A program made the translations under genes and the position numbers. The notes under the pieces were generated by a model that searched no databases, was not told the DNA's origin, and was given only the letters and a program-made list of their open reading frames with translations. Of a stretch of DNA of 64,000 nucleotides, positions 53,695-62,707 are shown piece by piece. Source of the DNA: a virus. Taxonomy: Duplodnaviria; Caudoviricetes. The stretch's first letter is position 1. Each line of letters opens with the position of its first letter. The stretch lies in IMG/VR virus record IMGVR_UViG_3300020190_000004. One strand, given 5' to 3'.

Positions 53695-54484
53695 CGACAG
53701 TATTTTTAATGCTGCTATGGTATTTCTCAATGATTTGTTTAACGTCCCATTTTCTATGAAAGTCGCTTAATATGTCAAGAAATTCTTCTTTCTTTTTAAT
53801 CATTTCATCTTTTTCTAATAGTACTTCTTGTACTCCAAGAGGGTGAGATATCCACAATTCAGCGTGATGCACCTTTTTCTTATATATTTCTTCAAAACTG
53901 ATAGTGTACGCGGCTAACTGCAACAAGTACTTATGAACAGTCTCATCATCTTTAATTGCGTTAGCACTCTTAAAGTCTGTAATAGTTAATAAGTTTGACA
54001 GGTTCAGAAAACCAAAGTCGGTTGTTCCTGCGAATTTATTCTTAAGAGAATATAAAAACTGTTCAGTAAACAGGACTCTTCTTACGCGGCTAAGATACCC
54101 TTCATACAATAAGTTATAGAACAAGTCTCGCCCTTGCTTGATGCTGTCTTCGGACAAACCTTGGCGCATCAAGTCAATTGGCGTTTTCTTTTGAGTATAC
54201 AACAAGCAATCATCTGGAGTTTTACCTTGCTTCATGCAGATAAAATAATTCTCTAGAAACTGGTGCATAGCAGTTCCACGTCTTGCCGCCTTTTCTCCAA
54301 TCTTAGCAAGTTCTTCTTTTCCAATTTCTCCTTCAAGTTTCTTTAGTTTCGCTGAACCTACTGAACCCAAAACAGTTGTGACAGAAGGCATCAAAACAAA
54401 TCCCCCTTTTTGAAAAGTTGCGTTCTTATCATATGTGTATATGTAAAAACGACCATCCGGTGTATCAAGTCTGCTTAAACTCAT
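53666..54484 (-). CDS. PD-(D/E)xK exonuclease (lambda-exo-like phage family)
   Basis: PSVTTVL, RGT.MH..LE, E..L......FAGT.D, .DFKS, Y.LQL.AY. Confidence 0.85.
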   Translation of the reverse strand: MSLSRLDTPDGRFYIYTYDKNATFQKGGFVLMPSVTTVLGSVGSAKLKKLEGEIGKEELAKIGEKAARRGTAMHQFLENYFICMKQGKTPDDCLLYTQKKTPIDLMRQGLSEDSIKQGRDLFYNLLYEGYLSRVRRVLFTEQFLYSLKNKFAGTTDFGFLNLSNLLTITDFKSANAIKDDETVHKYLLQLAAYTISFEEIYKKKVHHAELWISHPLGVQEVLLEKDEMIKKKEEFLDILSDFHRKWDVKQIIEKYHSSIKNTVDGSEGKNNT

Positions 54485-54948
54485 CCTCTTCTGTATTCTT
54501 CAAGACTCATTCGATGTTTTATACCAAAGCATAAAGTATCTATGGTTCTTACGGTTTCTCTAAAATAATCTAGGTGATTTTGCAATAGCTCTCGTCTTTC
54601 AACGATATCAGCTAGATCAACGTTTATTAAATCATTCTTAGGATCTTTGTCCAAACGAATGTCATGGTGCCGCGTGTAGTGATCATACCGTTCAACGCGA
54701 CGTTCACGGTAGATTCTATTTATCTTTGTAAGATGTGTCATCAAAGTGTGCGTGTATTCTACGGCAATTTGACGGCTGGAATAAATTTCAGTCATAAGAT
54801 CGCTTAAGTGATGTATGTCTTTCATACGATTTGACATATCAGTAACTCTGTCCATCCAGTCTTCACGTTCTTTGCGAAATCTTGCAACGATAACTTCGTT
54901 GCTGTTAGAAGAGCTTTGCTGTGCCGGTATTTCCACGCTGTTTTCCAT
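54481..54948 (-). CDS. uvsY: Recombination mediator (UvsY-like)
   Basis: Helical 155 aa; D.DL.......EL....LDY.......I....F.IK..M..E pattern; near uvsW. Confidence 0.6.
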   Translation of the reverse strand: MENSVEIPAQQSSSNSNEVIVARFRKEREDWMDRVTDMSNRMKDIHHLSDLMTEIYSSRQIAVEYTHTLMTHLTKINRIYRERRVERYDHYTRHHDIRLDKDPKNDLINVDLADIVERRELLQNHLDYFRETVRTIDTLCFGIKHRMSLEEYRRG

Positions 54949-55090
54949 TTCTTACGATAGTTTCAAGTTTCTTTTTTCTAAGAGGAGTCCCAATCTCTAT
55001 AGTTACATTTGGTATTTCCTGTTTTATATCAAATCTAATTAACCCTCTTAGTTTTTCAAATTCACAAAGACCTATTTCATCAGATGTCAT
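54905..55090 (-). CDS. Possible small hypothetical protein
   Basis: Fills the gap between primase and uvsY on the coding strand; no recognisable motif. Confidence 0.3.
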   Translation of the reverse strand: MTSDEIGLCEFEKLRGLIRFDIKQEIPNVTIEIGTPLRKKKLETIVRNGKQRGNTGTAKLF

Positions 55091-56225
55091 AAATATCATA
55101 GCGATTATTTGAAAAGTAATTTCCCAATCTGGGCGGTCTTATACCTTTTCTCTTGCAGTAAACCAAGAAATCGGTTAAGTCCATTTTATTTATAGTTTGT
55201 ATACCTGTGTCAGTAAGTAGTTTTCTCCATAAGAAAACGGGAGTACCTTTTTGTAATTTTTCCATAGCAGCTGTCTTACCAGCTTTATCACAGTCATACA
55301 TATATCGCAAAGTCCCAAGCTCGATAGGGAAATCTATGTTTGATGAACAAGTTGCTGCAGCGTTCTTAAACAAGAATGAATCTAGCGGACCTTCGAAGAC
55401 AGTGACTGGTTTTGAAAAATCTAATGTTAAGATTCCAAATACCGTCGATATGTCGTCGATCTCATGAACTTCTTCAGGGACTTCTAAATTAAAGTCTTCA
55501 TATATCTTAGAGAGTTTCCAAGTCATATACTTGGGTTGATACTTAAAGTTTCTTATTTGATATCCTAACACTTTTGTTGTATTAGGAATTAAATGAAATA
55601 TGTAGAGCTGTTGTTTTTCTTCGCACCAAGAAAACTTAGTCATATCAGGTTGTAACCTCTTTTGCAGATATATGTATATCTTACTGCGGTCAAGTGGGAC
55701 TAACTTATACTTTTTCTCGATATCTTCTCTTTCAATAGCATACTTAACAAGATTTGTGTGGTCAAGAAATACCATTGGGTCTACGTTGCGAATCATTGCC
55801 GGTGCGTTCTTTTGTAATTCCTTAGCTAGAACTATCTCATCAGCTGAAACTTCAACCTTAAAGTCTCTTAAGAAGCCCAAGATACTGCGATACTTACCAC
55901 AGTTATAGCACTTAAAGTAAAACCCTTTATCTGTATAGATGTTTCCGCGTTTCTTATGAACGTCATGATAAGAATCTCCACAATAAGGGCAAGCAAAATT
56001 TAATCGCCCGTGTTTAGGGTCGATAGTCCGCTTTTCATAATGGTCAAAACGGTTGTTTAAGATGTTCTGTAGAGACATCTTGACTTTCTGCCCAAGCTCA
56101 TCAGTCGTAACTGTTTTGCTTTTATCAGAAAAAGAAAACGAGAGGTTATCCCTCTCGTTTTCATTAGTGCCCGTATTAGAGGGATGCGTATAACTCATCG
56201 TCAAAGCTTGAATCATTAAAGTCAT
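55080..56225 (-). CDS. gp61: DNA primase (gp61-like)
   Basis: Zn finger CPYCGDS...CYNC, TOPRIM VFEGPLDS and YMYDCD, KMDLTD. True start probably downstream of 56225. Confidence 0.88.
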   Translation of the reverse strand: MTLMIQALTMSYTHPSNTGTNENERDNLSFSFSDKSKTVTTDELGQKVKMSLQNILNNRFDHYEKRTIDPKHGRLNFACPYCGDSYHDVHKKRGNIYTDKGFYFKCYNCGKYRSILGFLRDFKVEVSADEIVLAKELQKNAPAMIRNVDPMVFLDHTNLVKYAIEREDIEKKYKLVPLDRSKIYIYLQKRLQPDMTKFSWCEEKQQLYIFHLIPNTTKVLGYQIRNFKYQPKYMTWKLSKIYEDFNLEVPEEVHEIDDISTVFGILTLDFSKPVTVFEGPLDSFLFKNAAATCSSNIDFPIELGTLRYMYDCDKAGKTAAMEKLQKGTPVFLWRKLLTDTGIQTINKMDLTDFLVYCKRKGIRPPRLGNYFSNNRYDIYDI

Positions 56226-57114
56226 CCATGTTTAACCCACCAATTTCTGATGATAGGTCAGGGAGAGGAGATTCAGCTTTCTGTGGAGCAACTGCAGTTT
56301 CTTCAGTTACGGAAGAAACCGGAGCAGGAGCTGCCTTACGGTTAGTCTCTTCGATTTTTCCTACCATTCTTCCACCAGGGACAGTATTGGTAATTACACC
56401 GTTGACGAAGTCTTGCGTAAGTTGATCCCATTCTTGGTAGTCATAAGAGTCAAGATTAGGAGAAGTCTCCAAGAAAGCTTTAATTTTTGTTAAATCTTCT
56501 GGAGTTTTTTGCATTTGATCTCCGTCGATTGTGATTGGAAGTTTTTCATCCAAGAAACGGCAGTTATCATAGTTATTAAAGCCTGCTACCATTGTGACAT
56601 GAACAAAGAATGGCTTTCCTTCGAACAAGTCAAAGGGAATATGTGGCTTTCCAAATTCAGGTTTCATTTCAGCCTGCAGCTTGTTATAGATTTTTGTGCC
56701 AAAAGGCCATGCCATGATTTTTCCTACATTTTCAGGTGCGTTATCGTCCTTGATGATTTGCACAAGAGAGGCAAAACGTTGACGACGGGAAAAGTTTTCG
56801 GATAGTTTCTGTTCAGCAACGCTGTCAGATTTCTTAAACTTCCAAAATAAATCTTGTAGGACAGATTTTTGGCCGATTGTTGATGGGCAGTCAACCATCT
56901 TTGATTCGTTAGTGGCAGTGTTTGTTAACCAGCAAGACCACTTTTTCATTACAGACTTTTTAACGTCTTTGTGCCAAGGTAAGAAGCGCACAACTGCTTT
57001 ATAGATACCATCTTTACCGGACTTAGCCTCTGGTTTAAAGATGTTGCTTGATTTTTTCTCCGGTTCTTTAAAGTCATCGAGAGAAAGATTGAAGATGTCA
57101 TTTAGATTTTCCAT
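56176..57114 (-). CDS. gp32: Single-stranded DNA-binding protein (gp32-like)
   Basis: G...AVVRFLP, CP.TIG, V.IIKD...PE..GK......G.KI..K, FDLFEG..F, F.NYD...F; acidic C-terminal tail. Confidence 0.9.
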   Translation of the reverse strand: MENLNDIFNLSLDDFKEPEKKSSNIFKPEAKSGKDGIYKAVVRFLPWHKDVKKSVMKKWSCWLTNTATNESKMVDCPSTIGQKSVLQDLFWKFKKSDSVAEQKLSENFSRRQRFASLVQIIKDDNAPENVGKIMAWPFGTKIYNKLQAEMKPEFGKPHIPFDLFEGKPFFVHVTMVAGFNNYDNCRFLDEKLPITIDGDQMQKTPEDLTKIKAFLETSPNLDSYDYQEWDQLTQDFVNGVITNTVPGGRMVGKIEETNRKAAPAPVSSVTEETAVAPQKAESPLPDLSSEIGGLNMDDFNDSSFDDELYASL

Positions 57115-57338
57115 TTTTCTTTTAGGTTTTTAAGTTATTCTTTAATTATATGAGGTACTTTAACTGAGTTATGACTTTGTAAAAACGATCTTTAGTTTAA
57201 CATTAGTTCTTTTCAGCTTTACTTTGTGTTAACTTGTACCAAAGTTTACACTTATCTTTAGGTTCTGTTAGTATTATTAGTATCAGTATATTTATTCATT
57301 AACCATTAAATAGTTCTTGCATATTCTTATACATTTTT

Positions 57339-58166
57339 CTAGAAATGTATATTTTCTCTTTCTCTAAACCACAGGTTAATTGCATATTTTTGTCCCTTTT
57401 TAACGGGAAGACCAGCGTGCAGTGTTTGTGGGTTTGTTTGATTGCTGTTCTTTAAGCAATTTCCGAAAACAAGAAGTTTACCCGTCTCGGGCGTGATTGT
57501 TAAGTTAAGCAACTTAAAGTGAGTTTCTCCGCCTTCTTCTACATCATTAAGATATACCATTGTAGTAAAGATTCTTTGGCCACCGTCTTGTAAGTTAATA
57601 GCATCTAAGGAAAAAGAATCTGTGTGATAATTAAAGTACTCTTCTTCATCATACAGAATTACTTGAAGCTTTTCTGCTGTATTTGATGAAGCATTTACTA
57701 TTTGAGAAATCCTTTTAACTATATTGGCAACAACTTCATCATGATTGTGTAAAAAGTAACAAGCCTTGCATTTACGATGATTACTAACTTCATTTGTTTG
57801 ATTACTCTCGTTGTATATAGTGGCTGCTTGTAGATGTTCTTGTGATATTTCTATTATGTGATCGCACTCTTCTTTACTTAAAAAATTATCTTTTGAAAAA
57901 ATAATTGGGTAGTTGCTATGTATGTAAAAGTCTTCTTCTGGGGAATTTTCTATTTCAGATTCTACATTTTGCATAAAGTTTTCAAAGTCCTTTAGTAAAT
58001 TACTAAAGGACTCTTCGGCGTCTTTTCTTTTTTCATCTAACAATCCTATATCAGTTTCTATATCAGTTAAAGACTCATATATCACTTTTAGCAATTCTTC
58101 TTTGGGTGTGTCTTCTATAACAGCTTTTTGAATTGCATCCCAGTGATGTTTGACGCATTCTTTCAT
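57339..58166 (-). CDS. Prolyl 4-hydroxylase-like 2OG-Fe(II) oxygenase with helical N-extension
   Basis: FL..EEC..II, YHTD, QR..T.MVYLNDV.EGGET.F, HAG.PV..G.K...N.W.RE. Confidence 0.9.
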   Translation of the reverse strand: MKECVKHHWDAIQKAVIEDTPKEELLKVIYESLTDIETDIGLLDEKRKDAEESFSNLLKDFENFMQNVESEIENSPEEDFYIHSNYPIIFSKDNFLSKEECDHIIEISQEHLQAATIYNESNQTNEVSNHRKCKACYFLHNHDEVVANIVKRISQIVNASSNTAEKLQVILYDEEEYFNYHTDSFSLDAINLQDGGQRIFTTMVYLNDVEEGGETHFKLLNLTITPETGKLLVFGNCLKNSNQTNPQTLHAGLPVKKGQKYAINLWFRERENIHF

Positions 58167-58447
58167 ATTTCGCCGTTTAAGATTTTATTGGCCGCGAAAT
58201 TTTGTAAAGTTTTTATATCGCGGTCATACTTAATCGCCATTTCCTCAAAAAGCGTCGTTTCTTCAGCTTTAACTTTTTCAGCTTCAGCTATCACCCGCGC
58301 AAGTTCTTTTTCAGCGATCTCGATTGATTTTTGTACACTGATCGCTTCTTTGCTGATTCTTTGATAGTCAAGAGTTAAAGACTTAATCTTGTCGGTTTCT
58401 TCTACAGAAAAGTTTATTTCTGCATTTTGGGTTTCATTTAATGACAT
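58163..58447 (-). CDS. Hypothetical coiled-coil protein
   Basis: 94 aa ORF with 4-nt overlap; TGTATATAA at 58489..58497 upstream. Confidence 0.65.
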   Translation of the reverse strand: MSLNETQNAEINFSVEETDKIKSLTLDYQRISKEAISVQKSIEIAEKELARVIAEAEKVKAEETTLFEEMAIKYDRDIKTLQNFAANKILNGEI

Positions 58448-58508
58448 TAGATGAACTTTTTAATTTGTAATATAGTTATCCTTATTACTTATATACAACA
58501 TACATCTA

Positions 58509-59168
58509 TTAGTTTTGGGTTGTATTCATATGTCTCTCAAGAGTTCTTAGAATCCAGTAACTATCGATGAGGTCATCTATAGGTTTTAACCAAGAACCTT
58601 TCTTGTTTTGAAAAGCAGTAGGATTAGATGTAAGATTTTTCCAGAAAAGGTGATCGCGCAAGTCTGAATCTTCTTCGGCTAAAAAAGCATCTATCATTTG
58701 TTCTTTCTTGAAGTTTCCTTTACCTGCGGTTGCTTTAACCGTCATTGGAGCAAACACCCACATATCATCTGCATTCAGCCCAAAGGTCAATGATAGGTCG
58801 TGACGAAGCAACCACTGATAACCACTTAACTGCGCTAGTCGGTTTCCCGTTGAGCCGAAAGAAAAACCTTCTATTCCCCAAGATTCAATACATTCATCTT
58901 TACAACTCTTAATCGCCTTTGTGATTGCTGACACCTCCATCCAGCTGTCGTTTAGTGATGATCTCTCACGTTCAGTTAAGATTGCTGTTTTAGGGACGGA
59001 CGGTTCTTTTTGTAATTTTGTGACAAGAACTTTGCACGATTTTAAAGTGATCTCCAAGTCTTCTTTAATTACATCAGTCCGTGGGAAAGATAAAAATTCA
59101 AGAGACCCGTCTGTATATCTTATACAAACAGCCGGAGACTTAATTGAAAAGTCTACTCCAAATATCAT
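58509..59168 (-). CDS. ruvC: RuvC-like Holliday junction resolvase
   Basis: GVDFS (first Asp), IEGFSFGS, P.TVK......GN..KEQM, DD..DSY.I. Confidence 0.8.
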   Translation of the reverse strand: MIFGVDFSIKSPAVCIRYTDGSLEFLSFPRTDVIKEDLEITLKSCKVLVTKLQKEPSVPKTAILTERERSSLNDSWMEVSAITKAIKSCKDECIESWGIEGFSFGSTGNRLAQLSGYQWLLRHDLSLTFGLNADDMWVFAPMTVKATAGKGNFKKEQMIDAFLAEEDSDLRDHLFWKNLTSNPTAFQNKKGSWLKPIDDLIDSYWILRTLERHMNTTQN

Positions 59169-59497
59169 TATGTTAGGTTTCGCGCGATGCTTGCACCAAG
59201 AGCAGCTGATACCAATCTTGATGTAAACATATCATAGAGAATTCCGCGTTCCACACCCAAAGCATTTGCGATGATTTTACCAACAGCTGGCCCAATCACA
59301 AATCCTGCTAAACCACCAACGATAGTACCAAGAAGCCCTTCATCAATTCCTTCAAAGCCATGTTTCTTGATGTGTTCAGACAATTCTTTGTAAACTCGCT
59401 CTGCTTCTTTAACCTCTGATTCTGTGAGATGCTCTATTTCATAGCTCTCAAAGATAGGCTTGAGAGATGGGTCCTTAAATTCTCTAAATGATTGCAT
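59168..59497 (-). CDS. Protein with weak leader and glycine-zipper hydrophobic segments
   Basis: Starts MQSFREF; GLLGTIVGGLAGFVIGPAVG and LVSAALGASIA. Confidence 0.6.
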   Translation of the reverse strand: MQSFREFKDPSLKPIFESYEIEHLTESEVKEAERVYKELSEHIKKHGFEGIDEGLLGTIVGGLAGFVIGPAVGKIIANALGVERGILYDMFTSRLVSAALGASIARNLT

Positions 59498-59514
59498 TGT
59501 TAAAAATTATTTTT

Positions 59515-59523
59515 CTATATATC
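59515..59523 (-). promoter_or_regulatory. Putative late promoter GATATATAG
   Basis: About 17 nt upstream of the ATG at 59497. Confidence 0.5.
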
Positions 59524-59524
59524 A

Positions 59525-60070
59525 CTACTGCAACCTCTTTGCAATCTTGATGTAGTTAAACTTAAAGTTCATGTTAAAGTTTTTGAACTCAGCAGTATTA
59601 GAGGAATAGTTAAGTTCAAGCTCTGATATTGATGTCATTAGGATTTGATGTAATTCAACAGCTATAAATTCAAAGCCAGTTTGGTCAAGAAATGATATTG
59701 TCACGTCGGGTAAAAACTTTTCTTTGTTATCTAAGTCATAAAATGCTCTAAACATATCAAACATAACCCAATAATTAATGTAACCTTCATACAACTTAAA
59801 TGTCAAGTTAAACTCACGTGTTAAGTAACGTTCAAGTCTTAAGCCTCCTTTAGAAGTATAGTTATCCTCATAAAGAATCTGTTCAACAGATTCGGCCGCA
59901 AGCGCCGGAAAGGTACACGCTTGTATGCTTGCTGTCATATAATCGTGTAGATTCTGGTAAGGTATAGGTAATCTTTTAAGATACGTCTCATACCTCTCTA
60001 CTATTGAAGGGTAGAAGAACCCACGATTAAATCTTACTATAAAGTTATTGCTCTTAGAAGTAAGAATCAT
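59525..60070 (-). CDS. Tail tube-like protein (gp19/gp54 fold)
   Basis: CTFP.L, F.LTF.L.E...NY, D..I..LD..G, EL.Y.S....F..F...F.FN pattern. Confidence 0.6.
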   Translation of the reverse strand: MILTSKSNNFIVRFNRGFFYPSIVERYETYLKRLPIPYQNLHDYMTASIQACTFPALAAESVEQILYEDNYTSKGGLRLERYLTREFNLTFKLYEGYINYWVMFDMFRAFYDLDNKEKFLPDVTISFLDQTGFEFIAVELHQILMTSISELELNYSSNTAEFKNFNMNFKFNYIKIAKRLQ

Positions 60071-62202
60071 AGTTTAAGATCAATTTTTTCTAAAGCAGAA
60101 GAAGATATACTTTGCGCTGTAACTTCTGTACTGGGTTCTGATGGCTTAACTACATTAGGAGTAATTGCATTGTTAATGTTACTGCTTAAGTTTTGCATAA
60201 CACCAGGTATGTCCACCAGATTAAGATCTCTGCCACCATTAGCACTTGATGCTGCTTGATTAAGTGCACTAGTAACACCGGCAGAAGACGAAGAAGCGTA
60301 CGTTAGACCTTGCTGTGCTTGGGATATTTGGCTTGCTTGTGAAGATGCAAGAGTTTCATTTGCCACGGTGCCTTGTGTTGTAGCAGCTGCTGCAGCAGAA
60401 ACCGTGCTAACCAATGTATTGCTTGTGTTAGAAAGAGAATTTACTTGCTGCTGCATTGAAGATAGCATAGAAGATGTTTGGTCTCTAGTTATCATATCTC
60501 TATCTGCTTGGTTAGCAAATTTACCTGAATATATCAAAACTTCATCACCTTTATCATTCTTATTTATTATGTAGTATTCTCTTTGGGTGCCATTCAAAAG
60601 CTTTGTTGAAATGCTATCATCAATCCTAAACATTACTTCACCTGCTCCTGCATCGACAGCTTGTGGTTCTTGCGATGGGTCAATGTAAATCTTGCTGTTG
60701 TCGTCTAGTATAAACGCAAGCTTAACATTCATACCGTTTGAAGACAAGTTAAGTGAAACGGTTTGTTTCTTGTCCGGAGACAAAGTGTAAATCTTAAACT
60801 TTACGTAATTGTCAAATTTGTTTATGAAAATGATATTTTTGCCTTGAGGAAAGATTCTTTGCCCACCCCCGCCCGGTATACTGCCAATATCAGTGGTACT
60901 ATCAACACTTATGAAATTTACATCATAGTATGAATTAACATATACATTTTGAGTCATGATTGTTGGAGTGCCAATATATTGAACACTCGTTTCAACATCC
61001 GCTTCAGAAATTTTAACAATCTTGTTGTAAACTTTAACAGGTCTGAACCCTTCAAGAACGTTTATCTTTTGAATTTGAGCACCATATTTTTTAGGCTCAT
61101 TTGAAGTGAATGTAGCTTTTCTAACGATTTCCTGTCCGTTTGCTTTGTTTAACAGGCGCATTGTGTACTCAACGGTAAATGTAATTGCAAGAGAAGCATT
61201 ACGTATGATTGGCCTAAAAGCTACCGGTACATTAAGCGCAGTAGTCTGAAGTGAAGTCATGCTGAATGTATTCAGGAACGCAGGTCCTAATTGTTCATAC
61301 ACTTCTATCTGATTCACAACGGCCCAATCACCCCCAGATTCATTTAACAAGTTTATGTAATCTTCCATAAATTCTCCATTCCAGGTAGGAAAGTATTCTA
61401 TGTAATCATACTCAGGATTTTCTCTAACCACCGCAGATATGTAAGAATACACATCAGCCTGATTAAAAGAAGATTCATAATAGTTCCCGGTTATAAAGTA
61501 TCGGTTGCCTTTTTCTACTTGTGTAGTGGTAATTTCATATAAGCAAACATTAATCTGTCCTCCTTGTAAGAACCCGGTATAGTCAAATGTATATTGGTAG
61601 CCAAAGGTATTTGGTGCAACCGGTGAATTCCAAAAATCAAAGTTAACTTCTGCTAAAGAAGGTATCTTAAACTCAATGTATCTGTCGTATAAACGATCAC
61701 CCAAGAAAAACGGAACAAGACTAAGTTTTACTTGTGGGTCTCCTTTGAGATATGTTTGTGCAGCTGCTGTAAACGGAGTTCCTGCGGCTCCACTTGGTGT
61801 CCATTGATTCCACTTAAGTGCTAAGATAACGCCGTCAATCCCTTGAAAATCATAGCCCGATAAAAAGTGAAGCTTTACTTTATCATATTTAAGATTGGGA
61901 ACTAGACTCGTTGTTATGTCAGAAACTGTAATGTTTGGGTCTATAGAAATGATAGGACTTACGCTGTCAACATCAAGATAACCCCATTTGTTGCTCTCTT
62001 TGCTGACCATCACAGCACTATAGTCAAGGACGTTTCCTGTTAATGCTGTAGCTTGCGCGTTATTCAAAAACTGATACTCGCGAGTATAGTTATTGTACAG
62101 CCTTAACGCTTTTGCCTGCGTTGTGCTGATTGTCTCTGATGAGTATGTGTACTCAAGGAGTGCATATTCCGATACCTGAATATATGTTGAAGTTCCTGGC
62201 AT
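60067..62202 (-). CDS. Large putative virion structural protein with Ser/Ala/Gln-rich C-terminal region
   Basis: 711 aa, beta-rich composition, in a structural gene run. Confidence 0.55.
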   Translation of the reverse strand: MPGTSTYIQVSEYALLEYTYSSETISTTQAKALRLYNNYTREYQFLNNAQATALTGNVLDYSAVMVSKESNKWGYLDVDSVSPIISIDPNITVSDITTSLVPNLKYDKVKLHFLSGYDFQGIDGVILALKWNQWTPSGAAGTPFTAAAQTYLKGDPQVKLSLVPFFLGDRLYDRYIEFKIPSLAEVNFDFWNSPVAPNTFGYQYTFDYTGFLQGGQINVCLYEITTTQVEKGNRYFITGNYYESSFNQADVYSYISAVVRENPEYDYIEYFPTWNGEFMEDYINLLNESGGDWAVVNQIEVYEQLGPAFLNTFSMTSLQTTALNVPVAFRPIIRNASLAITFTVEYTMRLLNKANGQEIVRKATFTSNEPKKYGAQIQKINVLEGFRPVKVYNKIVKISEADVETSVQYIGTPTIMTQNVYVNSYYDVNFISVDSTTDIGSIPGGGGQRIFPQGKNIIFINKFDNYVKFKIYTLSPDKKQTVSLNLSSNGMNVKLAFILDDNSKIYIDPSQEPQAVDAGAGEVMFRIDDSISTKLLNGTQREYYIINKNDKGDEVLIYSGKFANQADRDMITRDQTSSMLSSMQQQVNSLSNTSNTLVSTVSAAAAATTQGTVANETLASSQASQISQAQQGLTYASSSSAGVTSALNQAASSANGGRDLNLVDIPGVMQNLSSNINNAITPNVVKPSEPSTEVTAQSISSSALEKIDLKL

Positions 62203-62212
62203 TTTAGGATTC

Positions 62213-62707
62213 TTATTTGAATATCAACGCAATGATTAAACCAATTACACCCACAGAAGATATACTTCCGCCGAGTATTGAGTTAAGTTTAACTCTTTTA
62301 ATTTCGTCTTTGTGTAATCTTATTTCTTCATCTTTCTTTTTAAGCTCACGCTCAAAAGATTCACCCTTTTCTTCTTTAAGAGTAATCTCTCTTTGTAGTT
62401 TAACAATCTGCTCATCTTTGTTGTTTAAAGACTCGCGAAGTTTTTTGATCTCAAGATCTTGTACGGCAATTACTGCGTCTTTTTGCCCGATAACTCTTAG
62501 ACACACTTCATCATATTTGCCAAGCTCTCCATCAAGTTTTTCAAATAACAAAAGCAGGTCTGTGTTGTTGTCAAGTTCCTGCGCTTGTTCAACTGTCATA
62601 ATAACTATTGCTTGTCCCAGAGAATCTACCTCCAATCTTGGGTATTCTATTTGAGCTGATATGGCACAAGATAGAAACATAAAAAATGCTAGTAAGTATG
62701 TTTTCAT
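62213..62707 (-). CDS. Putative spanin-like protein: signal/lipobox-like N-terminus, coiled coil, C-terminal TM
   Basis: MKTYLLAFFMFLSC, heptad-rich middle, hydrophobic C-terminus. Confidence 0.5.
   Translation of the reverse strand: MKTYLLAFFMFLSCAISAQIEYPRLEVDSLGQAIVIMTVEQAQELDNNTDLLLLFEKLDGELGKYDEVCLRVIGQKDAVIAVQDLEIKKLRESLNNKDEQIVKLQREITLKEEKGESFERELKKKDEEIRLHKDEIKRVKLNSILGGSISSVGVIGLIIALIFK

Noticed and set aside
53666-54484. Cas4 or anti-CRISPR nuclease
   Set aside because: No four-Cys Fe-S cluster pattern; it sits in the uvsW/uvsY recombination cluster typical of phage lambda-exo-like nucleases.
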